64,000 nucleotides of DNA from Candidatus Latescibacterota bacterium (GTDB lineage: Bacteria; Latescibacterota; UBA2968; UBA8231). The translations under genes and the position numbers were made by a program. Below the pieces are notes generated by a model. That model did no database searches, had not been told where the DNA came from, and saw only the letters and a program-made list of their open reading frames with translations. Shown one piece after another: positions 17,444 to 26,725 of the stretch (positions are counted from its first letter, which is position 1; each line of letters begins with the position of its first letter). The stretch is taken from NCBI GenBank assembly GCA_965215195.1, contig CBDCDC010000002.1, positions 4,160,001 through 4,224,000 on the forward strand, written 5' to 3'.

Positions 17444-19338
17444 TGGGCCTGCCCGCAATCGCCTTGGTGCAGATGGAGGTCAAGCCCGGGCGACCCGACC
17501 TGAATGCCGAGCGGATGCTGGCCTTTATCGCGCAGGCGCGGGCGGCTGGTGCTGAGGTCGTGGTCTTTTCCGAGCTGTGCATCAGCGGCTACATCCTCGG
17601 CGACTTGTGGGAGCTGGACGCTTACGTCGAGGACTTTGCCGCGTACAGCGACGAGATTTGCCGGGCCAGCATCGGGTTGACCGTGGTCTTTGGCAACGTG
17701 GCGGTGGACCCAGTCCACAAGGGCCAAGATGGACGGCGGCGCAAGTACAATGCCGTCTATGTGTGCGCCAACGGCGAATACGCGGTGCGCGACGCCGTGC
17801 CCGCCGGGCTGCCCTGCGGCGTCCAGCCCAAGACCCTGCATCCCAACTACCGATTTTTTGACGACGACCGGCACTTCTTTTCGCTGCGCCACTTGGCCGA
17901 GGCCGAGGGCCGGCCGCTAAAGGACTGGCTGCATCCGTACCGGGTGCGGCGCAAGGATGGGCGGCCCTTTAGCTTTGGTGTGCAACTGTGCGAGGACATG
18001 TGGTGCGAAGACTACTGCCACAGCGGCCAGCCCCTCGACACGCTCGCGCTATATAGCGGCCGCGGTGCCGCGGCCGTATTCAACCTCTCGGCCTCGCCCT
18101 TTACTTGGCAAAAAAGCGACAAGCGCAACCGCGTGGTGCGCCAGATCCTAGCGCGCTCGCCCCTGCCGTTTTTCTACGTCAACCAAGTTGGGGCGCAAAA
18201 CAACGGCAAGAATATCATTGTGTTTGACGGCGACAGCACTGCGTACGCGGCCAGCGGGCACATTGCGTGCCGCGCTCATCCGTGGCGGGAACAGCTCGTG
18301 CTCGCGCACCGCGCCGAGATCGCGCCGCCCCAGAGCGAAGTCGAAGCCCAGTACGCGGGCATCCTCACCGGGCTGCGGCACCTCGACGACGTGCGCGGCG
18401 CGGAGAGCAAGTTCCTCATTGCGACGAGCGGTGGCGTAGATTCCAGCGTGGTCTGCTGTCTGCTGGAGCGCACCTTTGGCCCGGAGCGCGTGTTTGCGGT
18501 CAACATGCCGACGCGCTTCAATGCGGCCGTTACCCAAGACAATGCCCGCTCGCTGTGCGCCGCGCTGGGCGTCGACTACCTCTGCTGCCCGATCGAATCC
18601 CTATACGAGGCCGTAGCCGCCCTCGTGCAGGGCGCGGAATTTTCCGGGGGCCGGGGCGAGTACACTCGGTTGGTGGATGAGAACGTGCAGGCGCGCATTC
18701 GCTTTGCCGACGTGCTCTCCGGCTTAGCAGCCAAATACGGACTCGTGTTCACGGCCAACGGCAATAAGACCGAGGTTGCCTTGGGCTACGCCACGCTCTA
18801 CGGGGATGTCAGCGGCGCGGTGGCGCCGATTGCCGACCTGTACAAGGTGCAGGTTTTTGCGCTAGCCCGCTTTCTCAACGAGGTCGTCTATGGCCGCCCT
18901 GTGGTGCCGGAGAATCTGCTCGACGGATCAGTGGTGCCCAGTGCCGAGCTGTCTGCGGCTCAAGACGTGACGCAGGGCTTGGGCGACCCGATCAAGTACG
19001 GATACCACGACGCCGTGCTGCGGCAGTTCATTGAATACCGGCGGCACAGCAGCGATTTGTTGCAGTGGTTTATAGAGGGTGTGCTGCTAGAGCGATTGGG
19101 GTGGGACGACGCGGTGCGCTTTCGCGCGTACTTCCCGGACGCGCGCAGTTGGATCGAAGATCTCGAATGGGTAGAGCGCCAAGTGCGGATCAACTACTTC
19201 AAGCGGATTCAAGCGCCGCCAGTCATCGTCTTGAGCAAGCGCGCCTTTGGCTTTGATTTGCGCGAGACCCAACAGCCCGCATACGCGCCGCGCCGCTGCG
19301 AACAGCTAAAGGCCGAGGCCCTGAAGGTGCGGATTTGA
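17443..19338 (+). CDS. nadE: Glutamine-dependent NAD+ synthetase
   Basis: Nitrilase domain (FSEL, K, LCEDMW) plus SGGVDS, ENVQARIR, GNKTEVALGYATLYGD, PSAEL. Confidence 0.93.
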   Translation: MGLPAIALVQMEVKPGRPDLNAERMLAFIAQARAAGAEVVVFSELCISGYILGDLWELDAYVEDFAAYSDEICRASIGLTVVFGNVAVDPVHKGQDGRRRKYNAVYVCANGEYAVRDAVPAGLPCGVQPKTLHPNYRFFDDDRHFFSLRHLAEAEGRPLKDWLHPYRVRRKDGRPFSFGVQLCEDMWCEDYCHSGQPLDTLALYSGRGAAAVFNLSASPFTWQKSDKRNRVVRQILARSPLPFFYVNQVGAQNNGKNIIVFDGDSTAYAASGHIACRAHPWREQLVLAHRAEIAPPQSEVEAQYAGILTGLRHLDDVRGAESKFLIATSGGVDSSVVCCLLERTFGPERVFAVNMPTRFNAAVTQDNARSLCAALGVDYLCCPIESLYEAVAALVQGAEFSGGRGEYTRLVDENVQARIRFADVLSGLAAKYGLVFTANGNKTEVALGYATLYGDVSGAVAPIADLYKVQVFALARFLNEVVYGRPVVPENLLDGSVVPSAELSAAQDVTQGLGDPIKYGYHDAVLRQFIEYRRHSSDLLQWFIEGVLLERLGWDDAVRFRAYFPDARSWIEDLEWVERQVRINYFKRIQAPPVIVLSKRAFGFDLRETQQPAYAPRRCEQLKAEALKVRI

Positions 19339-19418
19339 ATTAAGACAGTGATTAGTGGCCAGTTTATTACGCGACCGCCGCTTTTCCCCTACCGCCCAAT
19401 TCACCAAAGGAGATTATT

Positions 19419-21026
19419 ATGACCGACCCAATCCTGCTCACCGACGAGCAGATGCGCGAGTTTATCGTCAATGGCTATCTGGTTTTTGAGCCGACCGTGC
19501 CCGCAGGGACGCACGAAGCGTGCTATGAGCGGCTCAACCAGATCATCGACTCGGAGCCTAATCCGGGCAATAACATCCTGCCGCGCGTACCCGCCATGCG
19601 CCACGTGCTCAACTCGCCCGAGGTGCGCGGCGCACTCATCAGCGTCTTAGGCCCGAACTTTTTGGAGCATCCGCACCGCTACTGCCATCCCCTCAAGCCA
19701 GTGGAGGAACCCGTGCCCGCGGCCGAGGCCGAAGAGAGGCTGCGCCGCAACTGCCATCAGGACGGGTACACGCCCATGGGCCATCCGCGCCAGCACTATC
19801 TGCGCTATGCGCGAATCATGTACTATCCGCAGGATTCGCCGGTCGAGTTGGGGCCGACGCACGTGATCCCGGGCACCCAGTTCAATCGCGGACTGACCGA
19901 CGAGGATCGGGCGCGCGCCTTGCCATTGGCCGGCCGGGCCGGCACGGTGTCCCTGACGCACTTTGACGTGGGCCACGCGGCCGGCGTCAGCCTGCTACCG
20001 GTGCATCGGCACATGATCAAGTTCATCTACATGCGAGCCGCCGAGCCGACGGCCCCGACCTGGGACTGCAAAAGCATGCACTGGCAGAAGCCCCACTGGA
20101 GTGAGGTTCCCTACGATCTGGAACTGGCTTGGGCGCACACTTGGGACTGGCTATGCGGCAAGCGGGATCGCTACGATAGCTGCCCACAGGCCACTGGAGA
20201 TGTGGCGGCACTCATCGCCCAGCTCGATCTAGACGTGGATTTAGCGCAGCGGCTTGCGGCGGCACAGCGATTGGCCGGATTCGGCGTTGATGCGGCTGCA
20301 GCCGTGCCAGTGCTCGTGGAGTGCTTGGGCACCGATCACCAAGCCATGCGCACGGCAGCGACCTACGCGCTAGGCGCGATCGGCGAGCCCGCGGTCGCGT
20401 CGCTGGCCAAAGCCTTGCGCACCGCAGGTCGCGAGGCCGACCAACACGAGGCCCCGCCCGTTTGGAGCGAGGGAGCGACTAACATGGAGGACGCGGCCCA
20501 AGCACTGGCGGCCGTTGGCGAGCCGGCGGTTGAAGCGCTCTGTGCGCTGTTGGACGACGAAAGCGAGTGGACTCAAGTCAACGCCGCCTTTGCCCTCGGC
20601 GAAATGGATTCGCACGCGGAGGCAGCAGTCCCGGCGCTGACGCGGACCCTTGAAGAGGGCTCGCATCGCTTGGTGCGCACGGCGCTCGTCGCGCTGGGCA
20701 ATATCGCGCAAGGCGTACCAGTAGAAGCCTTGGGGCGCATGCTCTCGGCCGATCACCCAAATTGGCAGGAGGAAGCTGGCCGCCGCTGGGTGCCCCGCGA
20801 CCAAGTGCGGACCAACGCCGCAATAGCCTGCGCCCAGCTCGGCCCGGCCGCCGCTCCGTTAGAAGCCCAGCTTTTCAGGGCACTCGACGACCCCTGCGGC
20901 CACGTAGGCGCATTCGCGCTCAGTGCCCTGCAGCAGATTGGCTCGCCCACAGCCACGCAGGCCGCGATGGATTATCTCTATTCGCAGCGCTGGGACGCCG
21001 CTATTGACGGCGAGCGGCAGTTTTGA
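19419..21026 (+). CDS. Phytanoyl-CoA dioxygenase-like domain + HEAT repeats
   Basis: HQD, GPTHVIPGT, H motif. C-terminal AxxALG HEAT repeats. Confidence 0.8.
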   Translation: MTDPILLTDEQMREFIVNGYLVFEPTVPAGTHEACYERLNQIIDSEPNPGNNILPRVPAMRHVLNSPEVRGALISVLGPNFLEHPHRYCHPLKPVEEPVPAAEAEERLRRNCHQDGYTPMGHPRQHYLRYARIMYYPQDSPVELGPTHVIPGTQFNRGLTDEDRARALPLAGRAGTVSLTHFDVGHAAGVSLLPVHRHMIKFIYMRAAEPTAPTWDCKSMHWQKPHWSEVPYDLELAWAHTWDWLCGKRDRYDSCPQATGDVAALIAQLDLDVDLAQRLAAAQRLAGFGVDAAAAVPVLVECLGTDHQAMRTAATYALGAIGEPAVASLAKALRTAGREADQHEAPPVWSEGATNMEDAAQALAAVGEPAVEALCALLDDESEWTQVNAAFALGEMDSHAEAAVPALTRTLEEGSHRLVRTALVALGNIAQGVPVEALGRMLSADHPNWQEEAGRRWVPRDQVRTNAAIACAQLGPAAAPLEAQLFRALDDPCGHVGAFALSALQQIGSPTATQAAMDYLYSQRWDAAIDGERQF

Positions 21027-21035
21027 GGGGATGAG

Positions 21036-21122
21036 TTTGAGTGCATCGGCAATGGTCTTCTTCCCTAGAGAACGGTCGATAAAGAAAACAAGTGGATCAG
21101 GCTGCTCGGGTGTATAACTCAC
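21036..21122 (-). pseudogene. Truncated PIN-like (VapC45-type) toxin
   Basis: VSYTPEQPDPLVFFIDRSLGKKTIADAL overlaps the antitoxin end, then runs into the antisense of the convergent PhyH gene. Confidence 0.7.
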
Positions 21123-21810
21123 AGCGGATCGCTTCTTCGATATCGAGCGTCGGGCGATCATAGTCGTCCGCTAATGCACTGATTGCCTCCCCGGCCTTGT
21201 AGCGTTCGGCAATAATAGCCGTAGGAATCCCAGTGCCTGCGAGCACCGGGCGACCAAAAGATATGCGAGGATCAATGACAATTGCCTTGGGTTCTTCCAT
21301 GAGTTGTTGGCTTGGGCGCTTGCGCGTGAAGGGGTATAGCCTCCGGGCATAACCAGCCGAATCCCTATCAATGCGCCGCAGATGCGCCTGCAACAGGTTC
21401 CTAAGTACCAGTTGTCCAGCTTGAGAGACATTTATGAGTTGACCGTATTCTTCGACAAAGAGGTCCAAGCCGTCGGTTTCGATCTTGTGGTATGCGAGAG
21501 GGTGATCGGACGTTAGTTCTTCTTTGATGAAATCGATAGCAATCCTAGCCTTGTGCAGCGATATGCAATGGTCGCGGCGAATGGCATCGAGCATGTGGAT
21601 TTCGACCAGATTGATAAAGGATAGAAGGTTCTGGCTATCGTCTGGTAGGTCGATCACAGGCTGGAAGAACTGGTCTCCTCCGCTAGTAGGATATTTGCGG
21701 CCTCGCACCCAAGAGCGAAGCGTAGTCACGGGAATGCGCAGGTAGTGGGCAGCCTCGGGAAAGCTGTAACAGGGCATTGCGCGTATGTCATCTGTTGCGA
21801 TAGATCTCAT
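21097..21810 (-). CDS. DUF433-containing antitoxin (VapB45-like)
   Basis: N-terminal HTH YSFPEAAHYL..P..TLRSW, LSFINLVE, C-terminal IDPRISFGRPV.GTGIPT...IEEAI. Confidence 0.85.
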   Translation of the reverse strand: MRSIATDDIRAMPCYSFPEAAHYLRIPVTTLRSWVRGRKYPTSGGDQFFQPVIDLPDDSQNLLSFINLVEIHMLDAIRRDHCISLHKARIAIDFIKEELTSDHPLAYHKIETDGLDLFVEEYGQLINVSQAGQLVLRNLLQAHLRRIDRDSAGYARRLYPFTRKRPSQQLMEEPKAIVIDPRISFGRPVLAGTGIPTAIIAERYKAGEAISALADDYDRPTLDIEEAIRCELYTRAA

Positions 21811-21864
21811 GCCATAAGGTCCTTTAGCCGAGAGACGAATGCGCTGATAGACCATTAGTTTGCA

Positions 21865-22770
21865 CTAATGGTCTCTAGGCATTACGCCCTCTTTCATAGG
21901 TTTAAGTGTTCCATCACGCAAGTACATAGCGTATCTCTGGAATTGCCACTCTAGGGAGAAAATTTGTTCTGCCCAATCTCTCAGAGGCTGACTGCACGCA
22001 TTATTGCGAGCAAGAGCCTGTAGGGTTGGAATTTGTTCACCAATTTGTTCAGCTATTTCGTTATAAAAACTGCTTCTTGCTTGTTCTGGAAAGTGACTAC
22101 GCTCACGAATACGAAACTGAACTGGATATTTTTGCTTGATTATATTGACCCAATACAGCAGTTTTCGGTTGTTTACGACGTATGGATCCACCCCTATGAA
22201 GCTAACATGTTGGGTTGACAACACACCGTTGGGCACTGTACAGCTAATCTCTGGATCTTGAGTCTTTGTCTTTTGTCTGCCAAATTCCTCAGCCAACTGA
22301 TCTCGGAACTTGATATAAGTGCTTTTAGGAGTGCCAGAGTTGCTTGAATACTTGAAGAGACGATTAATATCTTCAAGTGTCTTGAGTGCTTCACGTTCGC
22401 GGTTGAAGCCTTTCGCTCCTGCTGACCAGAGACATACTGCAACATCGGAGGCTTCCAATAGAGCCGAAGGACGTAGTTGAAATAGTATGGGCCCGTAGGG
22501 ATTTGGAACACTTTTTGATCCCTTCGCAAAAGAGCTACCAAAGTCTGACAAGTTTACGAAAACTTTATCCCACATATTGTTTTCACGGTCAATAGCGTCG
22601 GTCTGAAATGGCGTAAATTCTAATTGTCTACTTTCAAGCAAAGCACGTGAGGGAATTCCTCCAAGACTAATATACGACTCAAAGTCAATTAATTGACAGG
22701 CATGATAGAGGAATACTTGACGCTCTTCAAATAAATCCACCAAATCTTGAATGTCGTTACCGGTTATCAT
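21865..22770 (-). CDS. Hypothetical protein with DarT-like ADP-ribosyltransferase motif pattern
   Basis: FLYH...GGIPSR ... DKVF ... YGPILF ... PEI ... V.FIGV, paralleling DarT LYH..GLLS..AE..I.V. AT-richer than flanks. Confidence 0.5.
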   Translation of the reverse strand: MITGNDIQDLVDLFEERQVFLYHACQLIDFESYISLGGIPSRALLESRQLEFTPFQTDAIDRENNMWDKVFVNLSDFGSSFAKGSKSVPNPYGPILFQLRPSALLEASDVAVCLWSAGAKGFNREREALKTLEDINRLFKYSSNSGTPKSTYIKFRDQLAEEFGRQKTKTQDPEISCTVPNGVLSTQHVSFIGVDPYVVNNRKLLYWVNIIKQKYPVQFRIRERSHFPEQARSSFYNEIAEQIGEQIPTLQALARNNACSQPLRDWAEQIFSLEWQFQRYAMYLRDGTLKPMKEGVMPRDH

Positions 22771-22790
22771 GAGATTAGCCTTTCCAACAG

Positions 22791-23729
22791 TTAAAACAGA
22801 TTAAGTTGTTTGCTTTCAGGGCCTTTTGTGGGAACTTTATCGCCTATGTCCTGTTCAAGACGAGTTGCTTCCTCTTTTAGAAGCTCAACAAATATAGGTT
22901 GCGCTTTTGCCCAAATTGCCTCGGCTTCGTCAAATGAAAGTCCTACTTTACCTAGTCTCCACTCTACCTCTTTATCCCACCATCGGGAGGGTTTGTGTTT
23001 TTTTGTGACATGACCGCTTTCACAATAGAAACTAATCCAATTCAGTTGCCTCCAAGAAAATCGAGTCTCCTTTGCAACTTTGTGAAGAGCGGCTTTTCCT
23101 TGAGGGGTGTGTTTATCTAATGCAACCCAAAACGGAAAATTCATTTCACTATTAGTATTAGGATCTGTGTACAGCTCGGGTAATCCATCCCTAATAGCTA
23201 AATATGCTGTTGCTTGTATAAAGGCCCTATCCCAAGGCCATCCGCCCTTTCGATAAACTTTTTCAGCCTGTTCGACGAGTCTAGTTTCAGTTTCGCGCGT
23301 ATTTGAACATTGAGAAATTGCCCATTCCCAATATGTGTTAGCATCTGTAATCGCCTCACAAACCCGTTGAATGGTATCATCTTCTTCACAGCCTGTCAGT
23401 ACTGACCTATCGCCTTCTGAAAGTGCATATGCCAGAGATCCGAGTCCAGCTGCGTCTTTGAACTTTACAGAGTTGGCAAGTTCGCTGAGAATCTCTACCA
23501 TTGCCACCTGTTCCTCGTGCTTCTTAGGTGGCCTCCATTTAACCATGAGAGGCCAGCATTCTTCAGCGATTATCACACCGATTCGTTGCCTGAGCCACCT
23601 GATGTCCCCTATTTCATAAAGGTGATTGACAACCTTAGTAACAAGGTCAGAGTTACCACGGCGCACTGCTTTTTGAAGTAGAGAACGACAACGTTGATCC
23701 GTATTCGAATTAACCTTGCGCATGTACAT
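22791..23729 (-). CDS. Helical protein resembling the RarA/MgsA C-terminal region (no Walker motifs)
   Basis: SLLQKAVRRG, IIAEE, ALDKHTPQGK. AAGGA RBS. Ends 20 bp before the ART-like gene. Confidence 0.55.
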   Translation of the reverse strand: MYMRKVNSNTDQRCRSLLQKAVRRGNSDLVTKVVNHLYEIGDIRWLRQRIGVIIAEECWPLMVKWRPPKKHEEQVAMVEILSELANSVKFKDAAGLGSLAYALSEGDRSVLTGCEEDDTIQRVCEAITDANTYWEWAISQCSNTRETETRLVEQAEKVYRKGGWPWDRAFIQATAYLAIRDGLPELYTDPNTNSEMNFPFWVALDKHTPQGKAALHKVAKETRFSWRQLNWISFYCESGHVTKKHKPSRWWDKEVEWRLGKVGLSFDEAEAIWAKAQPIFVELLKEEATRLEQDIGDKVPTKGPESKQLNLF

Positions 23730-23928
23730 CAGTTGGTCCTTCAATTGAAGTTTGATTAAGCTTGACTCTCTGTTTTTCCCAACGTTGTGCGTCTGGTCGT
23801 GATCGGTAAACGGCCAAGGAGGTGTTCTGTGTACCAACGCGTCATTGAAGATAACAACGAAACCAGCCCCGTTACAATTTGTCGAACGCAATCCATTCCA
23901 TCCTCTCTGTGGACAAAACATGGGTAAT

Positions 23929-23980
23929 GCCCATTAGATAGCGCAAGCATCGCTCAGGGCGTCTTGCGTACGCCTTGGAG
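23929..23980. repeat. Duplicate of tetR 3' end and downstream flank (pairs with 25232-25282)
   Basis: About 51 bp with 3 substitutions and 1 indel. Both copies encode LQGVRKTP-stop. Confidence 0.85.
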
Positions 23981-24013
23981 TATTGGGGGTTGCAAACCCG
24001 TCTAGCCCTACTC

Positions 24014-25117
24014 TTAACGATTGGGGACTAAGGGGCTGCCTTCGGCTTTCTTGCGCTCTATTTCCGCATGGGTTTTGTATAGCTGGAGGTAGCGGTGTGC
24101 AGTCGGCGGATGCGTACCTCTAAAGTTGTTTGACGCAACGGGATTGCGTTCCGCCATGCGTCGCCAGAAGTCGGCCGCCCCCTCGGTATCAAAGCCAGCC
24201 CGGGCCATCAGATAGAGTCCAACGTAGTCGGCTTCTTGCTCAAAGGCTTGGCTAAAGGCGATTGCACCAGCCTCCATTGTGCTTTGTGTGATGGTGCCAA
24301 AGGTCGGTACGCCCGTTACCGCCCATTCAACAGCCGCTCCCATGATTCCGCCGAGTAGAGCATTCGTTTTCTTTTTATCGACATGTCCCTCGGTGCAGTG
24401 AGCCAACTCGTGGGCGATGACCAAGGCCAATTCACTATCTGTCGCAAAATCAAGCATTCCTGCTGTTAGGACAATATTTTCACCGTCTGTATAGGCATTA
24501 ACATCTTGTCCCTCCGAATGATATACCAAGTGAGAGCAAATCGGCTCCGCCTTTATAGGGATTTCGATAATCGTATCTTTGTTTGCTGCAACCTTGCGCT
24601 GGACCGTAAAGATCGTCGGCTCCTCTGACGCATGACGTTTAAGCAGCTTGTGAAGATTGCTTTGGTACTCAAGGTCGTATTCGTTCCAGTGGGGCCATAT
24701 TGTCTTAATCGGCTCTCCCCCGATCCTCGTAATCTGGTCTCCGGGCTGAAGACCAGACTGTGCGGCTGGGGAGCCGGCTACAAGTTCCACGACTATCGGT
24801 TGCTCCCGCAACTTCTCTATGCCATAATAGCGCAACCTCAAGAGACGATCCCAAGGCTTCATTTTCTGCGTACTCGCCGAGTCTAAGTAGCTGAATCCGA
24901 ATTGGAAGCGAGTCTTTTTGCCACATAGCGCGGCGTTGGCTCGCATGATAGACGGCGCAAGGCGCGCTATTCGCTCTTGCCGCTGCATGGACAATCGGAA
25001 GATTCTTTCCAATTGATGGAGCATTTCCTCGGTGACTTCAGAAGAAGAAAGCTCAGGGATTTTGTACCTAGGAGCACATGAGCCAAGAATAAGAAGAATC
25101 ACGAATAGGGTAGGCAT
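24014..25117 (-). CDS. M48-family zinc metallopeptidase with PDZ domain, lipoprotein
   Basis: LILGSC lipobox, GSPAAQSGLQPGD PDZ, NAY, HELAH, E.EADY.G, THP. Confidence 0.88.
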   Translation of the reverse strand: MPTLFVILLILGSCAPRYKIPELSSSEVTEEMLHQLERIFRLSMQRQERIARLAPSIMRANAALCGKKTRFQFGFSYLDSASTQKMKPWDRLLRLRYYGIEKLREQPIVVELVAGSPAAQSGLQPGDQITRIGGEPIKTIWPHWNEYDLEYQSNLHKLLKRHASEEPTIFTVQRKVAANKDTIIEIPIKAEPICSHLVYHSEGQDVNAYTDGENIVLTAGMLDFATDSELALVIAHELAHCTEGHVDKKKTNALLGGIMGAAVEWAVTGVPTFGTITQSTMEAGAIAFSQAFEQEADYVGLYLMARAGFDTEGAADFWRRMAERNPVASNNFRGTHPPTAHRYLQLYKTHAEIERKKAEGSPLVPNR

Positions 25118-25255
25118 ATAGAGGCACCTTTCATCCTTCTTGGTTGTGCTGCAAGTCGAGTGGGAGGCTGGTCCTCTGCGCCGCCGTGAGCCAGCGCATT
25201 TTGAGCTGCAGCGCAGTTCAAGATAGTTTTGGCCCATAGATAGCGCAAGCGTCGC

Positions 25256-25834
25256 TCAGGGCGTCTTACGCACGCCTTGGAGGAAGATGCGCATGATGGT
25301 ATCGACCATGGCCTCTACGCTCAGGCCCTTTGCGTGGATCATCACCGAGCGCACCATGCCGCGGAGGATAGCAGCTTCGACCTGCGGGTGCTCAACCGAG
25401 AAGACGCCCTGTTCAATGCCATTTTGCAGGACCGTCTCGATCGCGGCGCGCTGGATGCGCCGTTCCTCGTGCCAGCGCCTGCGGTTTTCGCCCTTGCCGC
25501 TCCCGCTCTTGCCGTCCTCGTGCGACATCAAGCGGAAGAAGAAGCGGTTCTGGTTGAAGAAGGAGACAATGGCGTGGACCATCCGGCGGAGTTCCTCTTC
25601 CGGGTCCTGCTGGCGATTGGCCTTGCGCTGAAGCTGCTCGTTGAGCCGCCGGATGCCTTCAAAGACCACCGCAAAGTACAGCTCTTCTTTGTCGGCAAAG
25701 TACGTGTAGATCGTCCCCTTGCCGACGCCGGCTTGGTGGGCAATATCGTCCATGAGCACTTCGTCGAAGCGCTTGGCCGAAAAGAGGCGGGCCGCCTCTT
25801 CAAGGATGAGCTTTCTGCGGTTAGTTCTGGCCAT
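25256..25834 (-). CDS. TetR/AcrR family regulator
   Basis: ILEEAARLF...DDIAHQAGVGKGTIYTYFADKEEL. Confidence 0.92.
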   Translation of the reverse strand: MARTNRRKLILEEAARLFSAKRFDEVLMDDIAHQAGVGKGTIYTYFADKEELYFAVVFEGIRRLNEQLQRKANRQQDPEEELRRMVHAIVSFFNQNRFFFRLMSHEDGKSGSGKGENRRRWHEERRIQRAAIETVLQNGIEQGVFSVEHPQVEAAILRGMVRSVMIHAKGLSVEAMVDTIMRIFLQGVRKTP

Positions 25835-25845
25835 AGTATGAAATT

Positions 25846-26042
25846 TTACGCTGCATCCACCGCAGCGTACACCTTGCCTCTTTTGGTCAACCAAGCCACA
25901 TCTTCCCGTGCGGCGTACTCCTTGATCTCCCGCAGGAGTTGAATCGTTGCAGATTCATAGCACGGCTCACTCGGGTCATCGGCTGGGACGACCATCACAA
26001 ACTTAGTCGCGTTCGCTTGATGCGCTGTCCGGGAATGCGCAT
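25846..26042 (-). pseudogene. Frameshifted small hypothetical gene remnant
   Basis: RBS + MRIPGQRIKRTRL, then in another frame MVVPADDPSEPCYESATIQLLREIKE..WLTKRGKVYAAVDAA-stop. Confidence 0.5.
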
Positions 26043-26089
26043 GGCTTAATCTCCGTTAAAAAAATGTACAGTTACGAGCTTGGCAGGGC

Positions 26090-26722
26090 TTATTCCTCAA
26101 GAAACACATACCGCTCCAGTCGGGCTAGTTCGTGGTCGTCGACGTATTTTCCGATTTCTCGTCTCCATTGCGCCATGCTCTTATAGGGTCGGTATTCCTC
26201 AAACTCGTGCGCCATGCGCTTGCCAACCCCTGGGATCGTGAGGAAATCCGCCTCGCTGGCGCTGTTGAGTTCGAGCGGCACGAAGACGTACTGCTCCAGT
26301 CGGGCTAGTTCGTGGTCGTCGACGTATTTTCCGATTTCTCGTCTCCATTGCGCCATGCTCTTATAGGGTCGGTATTCCTCAAACTCGTGCGCCATGCGCT
26401 TGCCAACCCCCGGCACTAGTTTCATTTCGGCGTCGCTGGCGGTGTTGAGGTTGATCGGCAGGAAGAGCTTGGCGTACAGTTCGGCTCGGACCGAGTCCGC
26501 CAAAGTCGAATCCAAATAGGCGTTGAAGGCTTCCATGCCGATAAAAGGCCGTTGCGCCACAATCCCCTCGACCAACGCCGAATCGAGTTGCGCTAGGGCC
26601 AATAGCTGTTCGCCGCCGGCTCGGTTGGGATTGAGGACTGTTTCGTTTTTTCCCACCTGCCCTTGGGCGCTGCTGCCGTAGAGACAGACGGCTAAGATCA
26701 CGGCTAAAACGACTTGCTGCAT
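26090..26722 (-). CDS. Exported helix-hairpin-helix (ComEA-like) protein with tandem HhH units
   Basis: Signal peptide. LN.AS...PGVGKRMAHEFEEYRPY repeated. Confidence 0.8.
   Translation of the reverse strand: MQQVVLAVILAVCLYGSSAQGQVGKNETVLNPNRAGGEQLLALAQLDSALVEGIVAQRPFIGMEAFNAYLDSTLADSVRAELYAKLFLPINLNTASDAEMKLVPGVGKRMAHEFEEYRPYKSMAQWRREIGKYVDDHELARLEQYVFVPLELNSASEADFLTIPGVGKRMAHEFEEYRPYKSMAQWRREIGKYVDDHELARLERYVFLEE
26113..26410. repeat. Two identical 118-bp blocks at 180-bp spacing within the HhH gene
   Basis: 26113-26230 = 26293-26410. Confidence 0.92.
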
Positions 26723-26725
26723 TGC

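Noticed and set aside
14775-19338. NAD genes as an anti-defence or defence-linked NAD reconstitution pathway
   Set aside because: Host-like composition, standard salvage enzymes, linked to hisI, and no phage context.
23756-23928. Short minus-strand ORF upstream of the RarA-C-like gene
   Set aside because: No recognisable motif or RBS. It may be a remnant but cannot be supported.
21036-25282. Integron cassette array or prophage
   Set aside because: No integrase, no recognisable attC repeats and no phage genes.
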